A DNA stretch of 58,335 nt, the filler included, from Sphacelaria rigidula (lineage: Eukaryota): assembly GCA_964200075.2 (NCBI GenBank). It is 8 parts of 8 records of this genome, joined end to end, with 100 filler letters (N's around TTAATTAATTAA, not from the genome) between each part and the next. Parts side by side here need not be neighbours in the genome. Positions count along the whole stretch, not along the records: positions 7,306 to 14,510 come from CAXNAA020015976.1; positions 14,611 to 21,815 come from CAXNAA020015977.1; positions 21,916 to 29,120 come from CAXNAA020015978.1; 5 more parts are not named here. One strand, given 5' to 3'. The notes under the pieces were generated by a model that made no database searches, was not told where the DNA came from, and saw nothing but the letters and a program-made list of their open reading frames with translations. The position numbers and the translations under genes are program-made. Position 1 is the stretch's first letter; each line of letters starts with the position of its first letter. This document shows, piece after piece, positions 12,935 to 24,386 of this stretch.

Positions 12935-13470
12935 CGAAACGAGAGCACTCGTGGATTTTTTTTGACAACACAATGAGCATGACTCGAGTGCTCGCCCTAC
13001 TAATTGCTTTCCACAACGAGCAATGACGCGAGTGCCCGCCCTATTAGTTTTTTTCCACAACTAGGAATGACTAAAGTGCTTGCTCTGGAAATGTTTCCCT
13101 ACAACGAGCAATGACTCGAATGCTCGCGCTACTATTTTTTTTCACAACGAGAAATGATTGGAGTGCTCGCCCTATAATGTTTTTCCACAACGAGCAATGA
13201 CTCGAGTGCTCGCCCTATAATGTTTTTCCACAACGAGCAATGACTCGAGTGCTCGCCCTGTTATTTTTTTCCACCACGAGCAATGACTCGAGTGATCGCG
13301 CTACTAATTTTTATCCTCAACGAGCAATGACTCGAGTGCTCGCCCCACTATTTTTTTCCCACAACGAGCGCAATGACTCGAGTGCTCGCCCTGTTATTTT
13401 TTCCACCACGAGCTACCAAGTCGTTTGCTCGAGTCATCTGTTTTTCATCACGAGCAATGACTCGCTTGCT
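12935..13470. repeat. ~41-bp minisatellite with palindromic core (caacgagcaatgactcgagtgctcgc), ~12 copies; isolated copies at ~14005-14080
   Basis: Direct repeats visible by eye. The core has cgagca...tgctcg arms around ctcgag, and the linkers are related T-rich sequences. Confidence 0.92.
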
Positions 13471-14269
13471 TGCGTGTCTCCTGGACAGCCCAAGGACCAA
13501 CCATCAATCACTGAAGTGATGGACGAGTGAGGCGCGAGACATGGTGGAAGCCAGGTGAAACAACGGTAGAATATGGCAATTTGGTGACCATTACAAATCG
13601 TACTAACTAACCCCTTTGGGACCGGACTCCCCACAATGGTATATTAGTGGCACCTTTCCCCATCATCGTGCGTTGCTAGTTCGCCAGCATCTTTACTCGT
13701 AAGAGGGGGGTTGCTCATCGGTCGGCACCAAACGGCACTGCTATCAAATATGCATGTAAATGAACTACTCGAGAGATTTCCTCCGCCGCTTTATTATAAC
13801 TCTGATCTGTGTGTATGTGGAGGAGGGCGGGGCCGGCGGGGAGGGGGGGGGGGGTCTTGGATAAAATGAAAACGAAGTTTGGAGCTTTGCGCTTGTACAT
13901 GTGCAAATATGCGTATGAACCTGAAGGTTCTAGGTTCAAGATCGTCGAAGAGCTCATTATGACTGTTTGCTTGTCGGATCGCTGACTCTTCCACTCAAGT
14001 CGTTCATCACGAGTATGACTCGAGCGCTCGCCCGATAAATTTTCTCCAAAACGAGCAATGACTCGAGTGCTCGCCCTATGAGTTGTTACGGCTGACGAGC
14101 AGCCCAAGGAGTGCGAGTACCACCAGTCACACCCGTTCTCGTTCGACGTGTGGGGTATTTCCTGGGGTTGAGAAGACTGGCCTCAGGATATTCCCAGTGT
14201 TTGGCATCAGCGTCTGGCGTTATTACAGCTATTGAAAGAACTCGCAGCACCCCCACTCACTTACCGCTG

Positions 14270-14340
14270 CACAGTCAGTTCAAGTGCGACAATCACAGTC
14301 AGTTAAAGTGCGACAATCAATCAATCAATCAATCGATCAG
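14270..14340 (+). mobile_element. 3' tail of a non-LTR retroelement (gtcagtt...gtgcgac(aatc)n); other copies at ~25770-25813 and ~49350-49400
   Basis: accacggctgga(t/a)ccctgggg(g)gtcag...gtg(c/a)gaca is shared at 25771 and 49351. The gtgcgac(aatc)n tail occurs at 14308-14333 and 49381-49400. Confidence 0.6.
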
Positions 14341-14462
14341 GTCAACCCAAAAGTGAGTGCGGGGGCCATCCGTAAGTATGGTAACTCAGATGTGCTGCAC
14401 GCACATCACCAACATTTGAGTTATATCCTCGAATATTTTTTTCTATGCTTCCCTTCCCCCCC

Positions 14463-14508
<46 letters not shown>

Positions 14509-14796
14509 CANNNNNNNNNNNNNNNNNNNNNNNNNNNNNNNNNNNNNNNNNNNNTTAATTAATTAANNNNNNNNNNNNNNNNNNNNNNNNNNNNNNNNNN
14601 NNNNNNNNNNGGATATCAAGGGCCTCAGTGGCCAGCTATTACAGAAAGCATGTTGGGCCTTGTGGAAGTGCATCTCGGAACTGAAACGATTCACTCTCTG
14701 ATTGACCGCTTTTCACTCTCAATTGCATCATCTACTCTCAATCTCACGAAAACACTTCTGTCGGGGATCTGAAGATATTTGTATCCGCTCCACATT

Positions 14797-15180
14797 CCAA
14801 GAAGAAAAATAAATATGTACTTAATAACTGAGTGACTTACGGGCTGACCGGGCATCGGGGGTCCTGCCACGTTTCAGCCCAGTTTCATACTCTTCTGTAT
14901 TTTCGGTCGATCGAGCCCATCCTAGTCATATTTGTTAAGAAATGTACAGTTTCATTTTTTTTAAATTCTGCCTACTCATTGCACCAGGGCCGAAAAACTG
15001 TGTTTCACGGTCAATAACACCCTCCTGATGAACAGGGTAACTACTCGTTTCGCCCGATAACACCGACCAACACTGACTTGGGCACTGTGTTTCGAGGATG
15101 ATCTCTTGTGTTGTACAAAAAGCTACCGACGCTAGCAATTTCGACTTCTGTCAAGGAGTAGTACGCGAGGAAAACCCCAA
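14797..15180 (+). repeat. Second copy of the 7687-8070 dispersed repeat
   Basis: Collinear identity blocks with 7687-8070. Confidence 0.85.
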
Positions 15181-17351
15181 AATACCCCTGAATAGTTCGA
15201 CCGCCCACTACGGTAGTGATGCCGGATCGAAGAACATCCCGACAGGCTACCCCGCTCAGGCTTCGTGCGGATAAGGCGGCCACATGAAATGAGCCCGTGG
15301 AAATAGGTTGAGCTCTGAGCTACCTGAGAACCACACTATTGAACAGGACATGTCATCTCCTAGCTCTGCGCAAGAAGGAAAACACAATACTATATACAGC
15401 TGAGACAAAAAAAAGGGGGGTGAAAAGAGCTAGCTGGCTAGCTCACCGCGTTCGTGGTGGTGGCTCTGTTAACCACGAATGTTGGAGTGGGGAGAGGAGA
15501 GAACCGAGAAGAGAGAAGAGAGAAGAAGTATATACGAAGTACACCATGTATATGTTGACAGTTGACATCATATTTAGCACCGCACACGACACTTTTTGCG
15601 ACATGAAGCTCACCACTCAACTCAAATGCTGAAGGCACGCTGTTTTTTTTCCCCGGCGTGACCGGAAGCTTTCGTAAACAATACTCACAAAAAGAGCAGT
15701 CGTTAATATTTCAGAGCTTGAGCTATTGCAAAGAGCCTACAGTAAATCTGCTATTGCCGCCCGGAAAACACACAACACTCCACTCCACAAAACCAGATTC
15801 TCCGACGCATACATATCCAACATCTTATGAAAATAAAAACGTCCTGCCCATCCTGCACGAGAAAACGGCGCCCACACTTTTTTTGTACTACACATACATT
15901 ATATATAATTGAACATGACGTTCCCGCCTCCTCATCTCATGACACGCGCGACAGATCCAATACGTGGAACATGACCAAAAAGGTTCAACGCGCCAGGTGT
16001 GTTATCTTGCACCTTTGGCACGCTTTGCGCGCGATGTGCAGATAACCACCACACAGTAGTAAGGTCGATATAACCTTTGTATCTGATTTCTGCCCACCTT
16101 CGTACATCAAAAACGAATCAACAAATCAACAAGTGAACGGACGAACGAATGGATGAACGAATGAAATGATTCATCAACGCATACCGCCGTTTTTTTTCCA
16201 CGGTGCTTTTAGCTGTGCAGCACATGACCCCCAAAAATCAAACGTGTGCATGTGTACATACAATCTTGTTTCTTCTCCCACCACGGAGCGTCACAAATGG
16301 GTTGGTGAGTGCACGCTTCATCGCCCGACCAGCACTGCTACTACTACTACTTCATTTTATTACGCGTCAGTAAGCCCTCATTGAACCACACCCTCAGATG
16401 ATCGGACATTTCGGGGGAATGGCCAGGGGCCGGGGGACGGGGCAGGGGGGGGGGTGGAAGAGACAACACGGGTACAGCGGTGGTTGACCGGACTGAGCTC
16501 AACACACAAAAAAATGCATACAAAAGCCAATGGTTGATTCAAATCTTCGTGGGGAGCACGAAACCCACGACGGCTGTCGGCCGTACCATCTCAACGACTA
16601 CAAGTGTTCTGCAAATTCGCGTTTAGACCCGCAAAACCACCCCAATAGCACAGCTTTTGCTAACCTGCATTCCGCACGGGCGGCCTCACCGTTCAAACTG
16701 CTGTACGTTCTCGTTCATACTGCGCGCCGCGCTCACTCGTCGATTCAACCTCAAGAAGGAAAAAAAAAAAACGCAGCCATCTTGTCTATATATAGCTTGC
16801 GCCTGTATACAATCGGCCTGTGAACGGGACTCTCGTCAGGGGGGAGAAATAGAAGGCACCTCTATAGCAGATTACACTTGACATCCCGAAATCAGAGGCC
16901 CAAGCACCCTGTGACCTGTGCAGTACCTCGCTTTATTTTCACGACTCGTTTTCGCCCCGGCACACTCCGTCCAAGTGCCAAACGGAACGGAGAAAAATTA
17001 TGATGAACAACAAAAGAAGAGAACGCCCAAAATATACACCACAAGACGGACAACTCGTTGCTGACGACGCCTTTTGTTTTAACACTTCCCCAACCCGCCC
17101 CACTCGCCCTTCCTTGCCATCCTTTTTTGACCGCTTCCTCGAAAACCAGTAACAACAAAACTATATGACAAGTAAAAATCAACCAATAAAGCGGGCGACT
17201 GTAGGCGGCGGCGGGTGGGGTGGGGGGTGGGGAGGGGGGAAGAAATTTGGACTTGGACCTAACGGAGAAGGAGATAATGGTTCCACGGTTGCTTGCTTGC
17301 CCGAAACGCCCTCCATTCATTCCACTTCAATTCACTCTTTCAATCCGATTC

Positions 17352-20300
17352 TCATCCCCGCCGTAGCACGACCTTCATTCCACTGTCGGCTGCTGATCGC
17401 ACTGCATTAACAAATCCCGCGGTCCCGCCGCCACCGCCACCGCTGCCACCACCCTCCCTCGCATGAGACGACTCACCGTCTTGCGCAGTCACCAACGCGC
17501 CGGCACTACTGTTCGCAACGGCGCCCAGCGAACCAGGCCCAACGGCAGCCAAGTCACCCACCGTCCGGTTGTCCACCCCACCGTAACATGCACCTCCAAT
17601 GTTTCCAGCCGCATCGACATGCATCAACCTGGGGCTCGTTCTTTGACCGACAGCTGCGGCGGCATCGACCACCACGTCCATTGTGTCACGCAGACCAGGA
17701 CTATCCGCGACCGACGACTGGAAAAAGTTACCCGCTGCCGCCACCGCTCCAGTCACCGCGCCGCGACCTCCGCTCATCGTCATCATCATCGTCGTCGCCG
17801 CCGCCGTCCCTCCAACTCCAGAAACGACCGTTGCCGCTGCCGATGCCCCACCCGCCGTTGCAGCAAAGCTACCGGGACAAGCTGCTGCTGACGCACTGGC
17901 GGTAGACTCACTGGATGGGGACGACGCCGAAGCGGGACCATTTTTCGACACAACGACCGATGCCGGCGCCTCGTAGGTGGCGGTAGAACTCCGCGGGCGT
18001 CCGGGACCCGGCCTCGGGTGCTGCCCCGAAGACCCGTCTCGCGACGTCACCAGTTTTGTCGTGCCGTGTCCACCGCGATTGCGGCCACCGTTGGCGGAGG
18101 AGCTCACGGTCGAGGAGGCCGAAAGAGCGTTGGCAGCAGGCGGGGGCTTGAACGCAGCCAAGGCCGGTGGTGGCGCCACCGGCACCTGCTGCCCTCTCGA
18201 CTTGCAGCCTGCAGTTCTGCTGTTGACATTACTGCAACTACCGCTACCACCACTCCTCCAGGAAACGAACCCAACATCTGCGTACGGGCCCTTTGCTTTC
18301 CTCTTCTTAGAGTTTACATCGCTGCCAGAGCCGTCACACCCGTCGCTGCTGCTACCGCCGCCGCCGGCAAGTATACTGCGCCCACTCATGTCCAATCCGT
18401 ACCCCACCACTGCTCCTCCTGAACCAGCTCCTCCTCGACCTTCCACTCCAGAGGGGGCCGCGCGCTCCAGGCTTCTTCCGTCTGTGCCCCTACCAGGGCC
18501 TCCCCGACTATCACCTCCGGGACCAGCGCCGACGCGGCCTCTCGTGGAAATGTACGAACCGCCGAGTCTGAAATCGGCAGAGTATAGTGTCGCGTCGGGG
18601 CTCGATACGTGTGGATGGTGGGTAGCGGTGTACAGCGCAGCGGCGGCTTCAGCGGTGGTGACGGCGGCCCCGCGCCTGTAAGGACGGGGTGAGTGTGGTC
18701 CTCTGGAGAGGTACGTCACGCGCGGAGCAGCGGTGACGGCGGCTTGCCCTGGTTGACAGCCGTTGTTGGCGGTTGTAGGAGCAACGTGGTCGGCGACGGG
18801 CGGCGATTCTCTCCCCAACGGGAGTTCCCGGGTGCGCGAAGACTGCTCGTTCGTATCACCGAGTTTTCGCGTGCGCGAAGACTGCTCGTTCGTATCATCA
18901 AGTCTCCGCGTGCGCGTGGAATGAAGATTGTCTGCACCGTGAAAAACCCTGCCATTTCCGGCAACCTTCACGACGCGCAACGATCCCGCTCCGATCTCGG
19001 CAGTTGCGTCGACTCCGACTCCGGCACCGCTGCCGCCGCCGCCGTCGTTGCCGCCGCTGTCGACGACACCAGGTTCTGGCGGCGCCAGTGCCACGTCATT
19101 CGTCCCGTAAACGACACCAGAACTCGATGCACTACCGATCGCATACGGGCCTAGATGACCGTTACTGCTCAACCCCCCACCGCCCGCGCTACACGGCGCG
19201 CTCGAGGGTGGTGCATGGGGTAGTCCCCCTCCCCCGTCTGCAATCCCCATCCTCTCTAAGCTTGCGCCACCGCAGCCACCACCAACCAGAACTACCCGGA
19301 GATGTGCATCGTCATCGCCACTCCGCCTCGCGCTACTGCTGACAGCGGCAGCGGCATTTCCTCCCGACACCGCAGCAGCACTGCCCCCGCTCTCTCTTCG
19401 CACTCCACCGCCGCCGCACCCGTCCGATCGTTGATGGCCCATCAAACGCGGCGATCCCGAGCACAAGTGGTTGTCCCTGCTGGACGGCGGTAGCCAGCCC
19501 GCGACTCGGCCATTGTTGGTCGTCGGTAGCACCATGCTTACCGGAACGGGAGGAGTCGGAATCGTCATCCTCACTGCACCATCACCCGCACCTCCAATAG
19601 CATAACAAGCATGATAGTCGCCATCAGCCGTGAGTGCCTCCCTCGATCGTTCGTCCGCTTCGAGCGCAGCCTCTGCCGCCGCTTCGACATCGGCCACCGT
19701 CGCACGAAGAACCGGCCCCGCACCCACGTATTCCGGGTGCCGCCGAACAGCCGCCACGGTTCCTCCGGTCGCCATCTGCTGCTCACCACCTTCACGCGCC
19801 CCCCCCACTGCCCCGGGGTCCGGAGGCTGAGGTCCCTCAAGCGAGGCCTCTCGCCACCCAGTCGCACAGCGCGGGGACACCGAACCGCCGCCTGATTCGC
19901 CATCATTATCGTCGTCACCGCCACCAACACGATCATCGCCCCGACGACGATGGACAAGAGTAGATCCGACGCTGCCACCACTTGCATCCTCCACCGTCCG
20001 GAGCTCCAACTCACACACTTCATCGATGCCCGTACTGCTGCTACTGCCGCCGCCGCCGCCGACGTTACGATTGCCATCGCTCCCGCCATGGCCACCGGGG
20101 CCACCGATCATCTCGGAGGTCCGCGCGAGGTCGGGAGCACTACCAACACCCACGCCGCCGTAGAAGAGCGGGGGCGGTACGGAGACGAGACGGGATGTTA
20201 TGACCAACGCCGCCGCGGGGGTGGCCGCCGGCATGTCCCCCGGTCGCGACACGGTCTGCGGCGGCAACGTATGAGAAAAAACTCGCGGCGCAAAGCCGTT

Positions 20301-20531
20301 CATGCCATTCGCGGCCGAGGAGGCACCTGCTGGGGCGACGGGAGCCGGAGTGAGAGCGTGAACGGGGACGGCGATGGAGTCGACGACCAGGGCGGCCGGT
20401 CTGTCTTGATTGATCGTTGATGATGCCGTGGCCCCTGAGAGGCACGTCGCCGGCGGTGCAACCGTCTCTTTTGCCGGGATTTCCGACGGCGGTTTCGCCG
20501 GGGCGCGATTTCGCGGCTTAATTTTCAGGTT
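17352..20531 (-). CDS. Large terminal coding exon (~1059 aa) of a Gly/Ala/Ser-rich, probably disordered protein; upstream exons not identified
   Basis: The 983-aa ORF extends 76 codons upstream in frame to a pyrimidine-rich acceptor (...ttttgtccgcctag|AACCTG at 20531). It is GC-rich and uninterrupted to TGA at 17352, with a KKRKAK NLS-like patch and no recognisable domain. Confidence 0.8.
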   Translation of the reverse strand, partial: NLKIKPRNRAPAKPPSEIPAKETVAPPATCLSGATASSTINQDRPAALVVDSIAVPVHALTPAPVAPAGASSAANGMNGFAPRVFSHTLPPQTVSRPGDMPAATPAAALVITSRLVSVPPPLFYGGVGVGSAPDLARTSEMIGGPGGHGGSDGNRNVGGGGGSSSSTGIDEVCELELRTVEDASGGSVGSTLVHRRRGDDRVGGGDDDNDGESGGGSVSPRCATGWREASLEGPQPPDPGAVGGAREGGEQQMATGGTVAAVRRHPEYVGAGPVLRATVADVEAAAEAALEADERSREALTADGDYHACYAIGGAGDGAVRMTIPTPPVPVSMVLPTTNNGRVAGWLPPSSRDNHLCSGSPRLMGHQRSDGCGGGGVRRESGGSAAAVSGGNAAAAVSSSARRSGDDDAHLRVVLVGGGCGGASLERMGIADGGGGLPHAPPSSAPCSAGGGGLSSNGHLGPYAIGSASSSGVVYGTNDVALAPPEPGVVDSGGNDGGGGSGAGVGVDATAEIGAGSLRVVKVAGNGRVFHGADNLHSTRTRRLDDTNEQSSRTRKLGDTNEQSSRTRELPLGRESPPVADHVAPTTANNGCQPGQAAVTAAPRVTYLSRGPHSPRPYRRGAAVTTAEAAAALYTATHHPHVSSPDATLYSADFRLGGSYISTRGRVGAGPGGDSRGGPGRGTDGRSLERAAPSGVEGRGGAGSGGAVVGYGLDMSGRSILAGGGGSSSDGCDGSGSDVNSKKRKAKGPYADVGFVSWRSGGSGSCSNVNSRTAGCKSRGQQVPVAPPPALAAFKPPPAANALSASSTVSSSANGGRNRGGHGTTKLVTSRDGSSGQHPRPGPGRPRSSTATYEAPASVVVSKNGPASASSPSSESTASASAAACPGSFAATAGGASAAATVVSGVGGTAAATTMMMTMSGGRGAVTGAVAAAGNFFQSSVADSPGLRDTMDVVVDAAAAVGQRTSPRLMHVDAAGNIGGACYGGVDNRTVGDLAAVGPGSLGAVANSSAGALVTAQDGESSHAREGGGSGGGGGGTAGFVNAVRSAADSGMKVVLRRG
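18820..18916 (-). repeat. 39-bp in-frame tandem duplication (RTRxLxDTNEQSS x2) within the large exon
   Basis: gtgcgcgaagactgctcgttcgtatca occurs at 18832 and 18871. Confidence 0.9.
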
Positions 20532-23500
20532 CTAGGCGGACAAAATTGCAGGGGGGAACGACGTATAGTGTAGATATACGGGTGAGAGGTGAGGTCAAGA
20601 GGGGTAACTGATAGATGGATAACGTCCCAGTAAAGGTATCATTTATTACTTACTGACGAGGGGCGTAAGCGGTACAGCACCGGGGGGGGGCGACTCGCAG
20701 GAAGACATTATACTGTGAAAGGAGTGACATACCATTGGTCGACATTTCAAGCGGAGAAACCGGCTCGCAGCGTGAGACGTTACGCAGTACTTACTGACGA
20801 GGAGTGACAAAAATCACTCCCTTTGATTGTTGAGCCCAAGTCTGACTACGGGGAATCTTTAATGTTCTATCCGATTAATACGAAAAAATAAAAAAATGAA
20901 CAAGAAAAAATGGCGATTTATTTTTTTCTTTGGCGGAGGGGGGGGGGGAGGGGGGGGTACTTATTTGTTGCTTGCCATAGTCGTTTGACCATTGACCACG
21001 GCTCCCCTTCAGGACGGAGCACCCTTCCTACTCCTAATAGAGATACCTCCAACATTCTTGTGCTCATTATTACTTTTGTGGTGGAGAGTATCGAGACTCA
21101 TTTCACGATTGAAGCTCATTCTGCACTCTCGGCTGCTCTCAAGTGTGTAGAATTTAGTTGAAGCGGGTGTGGAAAAAATGATGAACAGACATCGAGAGCG
21201 CACCGACTGGCCGGTCGGCTACGTGACCCAAACAACACTGGAGATCGACTTCCGTGCCAGGACTCATCTTTCGCTTTTTATCAAATGTATTGAATAGCAA
21301 TCGTGTATTTTTGCTGCTCTTGATTTTTTTCATGTTCGACCATCATCTCCTTTTCCTCTGGGGCCGGCGGCGGTGGGTTTTCGGACCGCTGGATTATGAC
21401 TTCCTGGCCGGGCTGCAATTGCCTGGTCCATCATCTCCTGCTTTACAAACATATTTCCCTACTTGGTCACACAAAAAATGAAAAATTGCCTGACGACACG
21501 ATAAACAGTCCTCAATGTGCTCCATCTATGCAACTAGTATACTATGCTGTACTCTCTCCCTGTACAGTCAGTACAGCACAGTGTCCCATGATCGGGGTTG
21601 CCAACCGCACTATAGTGGGACCCCGCACTGTAGGGGGTCCCCCACTGTATTGTTGTTACTGTGGAGCACCAACTATCGTCATTGTCCATACCATGAGGGG
21701 GGTCCTCCACGGAACGAGGGGGGGGGGGGGGGGGGGTTACCGATGGTGGGGCTCGCACTGTTTTGACGTGCGTAGGGGGGGCCCCCGCCTTGTGGTGGTC
21801 CCCTCCTTTTTTTGTNNNNNNNNNNNNNNNNNNNNNNNNNNNNNNNNNNNNNNNNNNNNTTAATTAATTAANNNNNNNNNNNNNNNNNNNNNNNNNNNNN
21901 NNNNNNNNNNNNNNNTGAGCCGATAATCGAAACTGTCGCATTGAACAGAGACCAATCCCAAAATAGATTTTTTGTCTGAAGTGCCGTTCAAAGAGATACT
22001 CTACAGCGCCAGCGCACCGGAGACTGAAAAATGCTAGATAGGATGATCCAGAAAAGACGAGAACAAAAAAGGACAACCAGACGGTAACGAGGAGGGAAAA
22101 CAAGGAAGTATGACCTCCCTCGGGTTTCGGTCAAGTAGCATCGTCATGGAAGCACAACAGACACGGCATGTCTAGCCTACACACGGCATACCGCTACCAG
22201 CAAAAACAGAATCTGTTCATGTGTTCTTCCGGGGGGATTTCGAGGCTAGGGTGCCCCCGAAGGATGTGCAGGACAACTTCGGAGCGAAAACGGTCAAAAT
22301 GGAGTGTTAAGCTGTTTTCGCGTTTCCCACCATTTTTTGCCCCTTTAATAGGCAAAAAACAAGGTAATACCTTTTCTAGGCCATTGCCCTATTTCAATGG
22401 TTGCAATAGGCTTGTACTACACGCAGTACATTCTTGTTCACTGCAACTCTTGGCAATATGTATGGAGATTAGGGTGTGCACAATTTCGAAGGACAAACAC
22501 CGTTGTTCCCAGATGAGGGTGGTGTTTCCACAATAATATTATGGGATCGCGGATTGCGGAAAGAGAAACGTTTTTTCCACCTCATTTCTTCACTTGTTTA
22601 CCGCACAAACTTCGGGAGATGCGCACGCACAAACATGCATGAGACTGCACGCCCTCTCTCTCGTTTCCAGCACGCCTTCTTCCACAGTATCGAGACTAAA
22701 ATGCGCCGCATCTTCTGCTACTACTTTCAAATTAGATTCAGCAGCGTGCAAAAGTACACACTTTGTAAATTTCGGGGTCGCTAAATCCTATACGGGTGAG
22801 GTTCACGAACTTGGATACCCCTTGTGCTTTGCGCATCATGTCTCTGGAGGAAACGATGACACCCAGGTGCCCACACGTCAAGAGCCAGTCAACTTTTCAA
22901 TCTGGAACTTTTCCGTCGTTACATCGATACAAGAAGCGAAGATTTCAAGATCGATGCGATCTTTGGTAACGTGCTACACCCTGACGTCTCACTTGAAAGT
23001 TGTCACGAGTACAAGTCGACCAACCACAATCACCGGTCATGAATGATCGACCCTTGATGGCAGCGTCCAATTGCTTGATGCAAGCAGTAGTGCTGACTTA
23101 CGAGCAGGAATGCACATTTCTCAAGTTAGAATCGGTCGGGGACGTACTCCAGTTACTCTATGAAAGCATCAAATAGCAGGGGAGACGACGGCAAAACGTG
23201 CATGAAAAAAACTACGAGAATGACCAATGTTTTTTCGACATCCAGAACGAACTGTTTTCGCGCCGACCCAGATAAAGCATGTTCTCTATACGACCAACCG
23301 AATCAAAGTAGCTAGTAGACGGACCATTCCGCCTTTGGGAATGCAAAGAAACACAGTATTGTGCACCTGGATGACAGCATCAACTGGTAATCATGTTTCG
23401 GAACACATCAGGTGTACGCCCATCACCAACAATCCTGCAATATAAGCGCGATGTATGGATGATAAAGCACCAACCTAATTTTCTGCCGCACAGCAAAAGT

Positions 23501-24386
23501 ACCTAGGTCATCGATGAGAACCGCCCAGTTCTGTTCTACCCGTTTCTGTTTCGATTTTCTCAGGCGTTTCCCGACCTTGATCTCACCCCTCACTTCTCAG
23601 TTCAACACCGTTGGAGCTCTACTCAGTTTCCCGGCAAAGTACCATTTTTTCAAGCAACACGGAGGGGAAGCTCACACCCGCGACGTGAACCTGACAACAC
23701 CGCCTCCACAACACCAGCAAACAACAAAAAAATTGCCTGAAAAACAATGACAGCAACAACCAATGCGCCCCACAACGTGCCAGCTTGGAACACACGAACG
23801 AAAAAGCACGGGATACTTCGAGTACACAAATGGACGTATTTCGAGCTCTCGGGTACGCACCGTAAGATCACTTCAACAAAACAAGTCTATATTTCAAATA
23901 TTGTGTCAGATCATACACACCTCGACGCTCGCACGTGCTTTCCTTCAACAATTGGAATAAATTGGGGGGGGGGGGACATCCGTCAACATACGTATCAGAG
24001 GCCATCACACCCCAGGCTCAAGAATGACCAGGCACAAATCGCACTCAAGACAATCGGCAGACCCAGCAGTCTCATCTCGAAAAACAACACAAAGGTAGAG
24101 AATAAGCAGCTTCCCACCCTCCGTTTTCCATTGAAAACATCATGTCCCAATGCCGCGCAGATCAAAACCTGCCTCCACGTGGTCCCAACACCAACAACGT
24201 GAAAAAATGATTTCAATTGGAACCCAACACACGGTCGTACCACAAGCCCCTTGGTCAATTTCCAACACACTTGTAACAGTTACACATATGTCAGTAGGCT
24301 TCCGGGGCCTGCCTCAACTCCAATGATACTGCAGCACTGCGCTCCCCTATTCCTCGGCCACCCACCCGCAAATACGAGGACATATT

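Noticed and set aside
12935-13470. CRISPR-like array (palindromic repeat plus spacers)
   Set aside because: The linkers are only ~15 nt and related to each other, there are no cas genes, and the context is eukaryotic. This is a minisatellite.
17463-20445. Plus-strand and alternate-frame ORFs overlapping the large exon
   Set aside because: These are shadow ORFs expected from GC-rich coding sequence.
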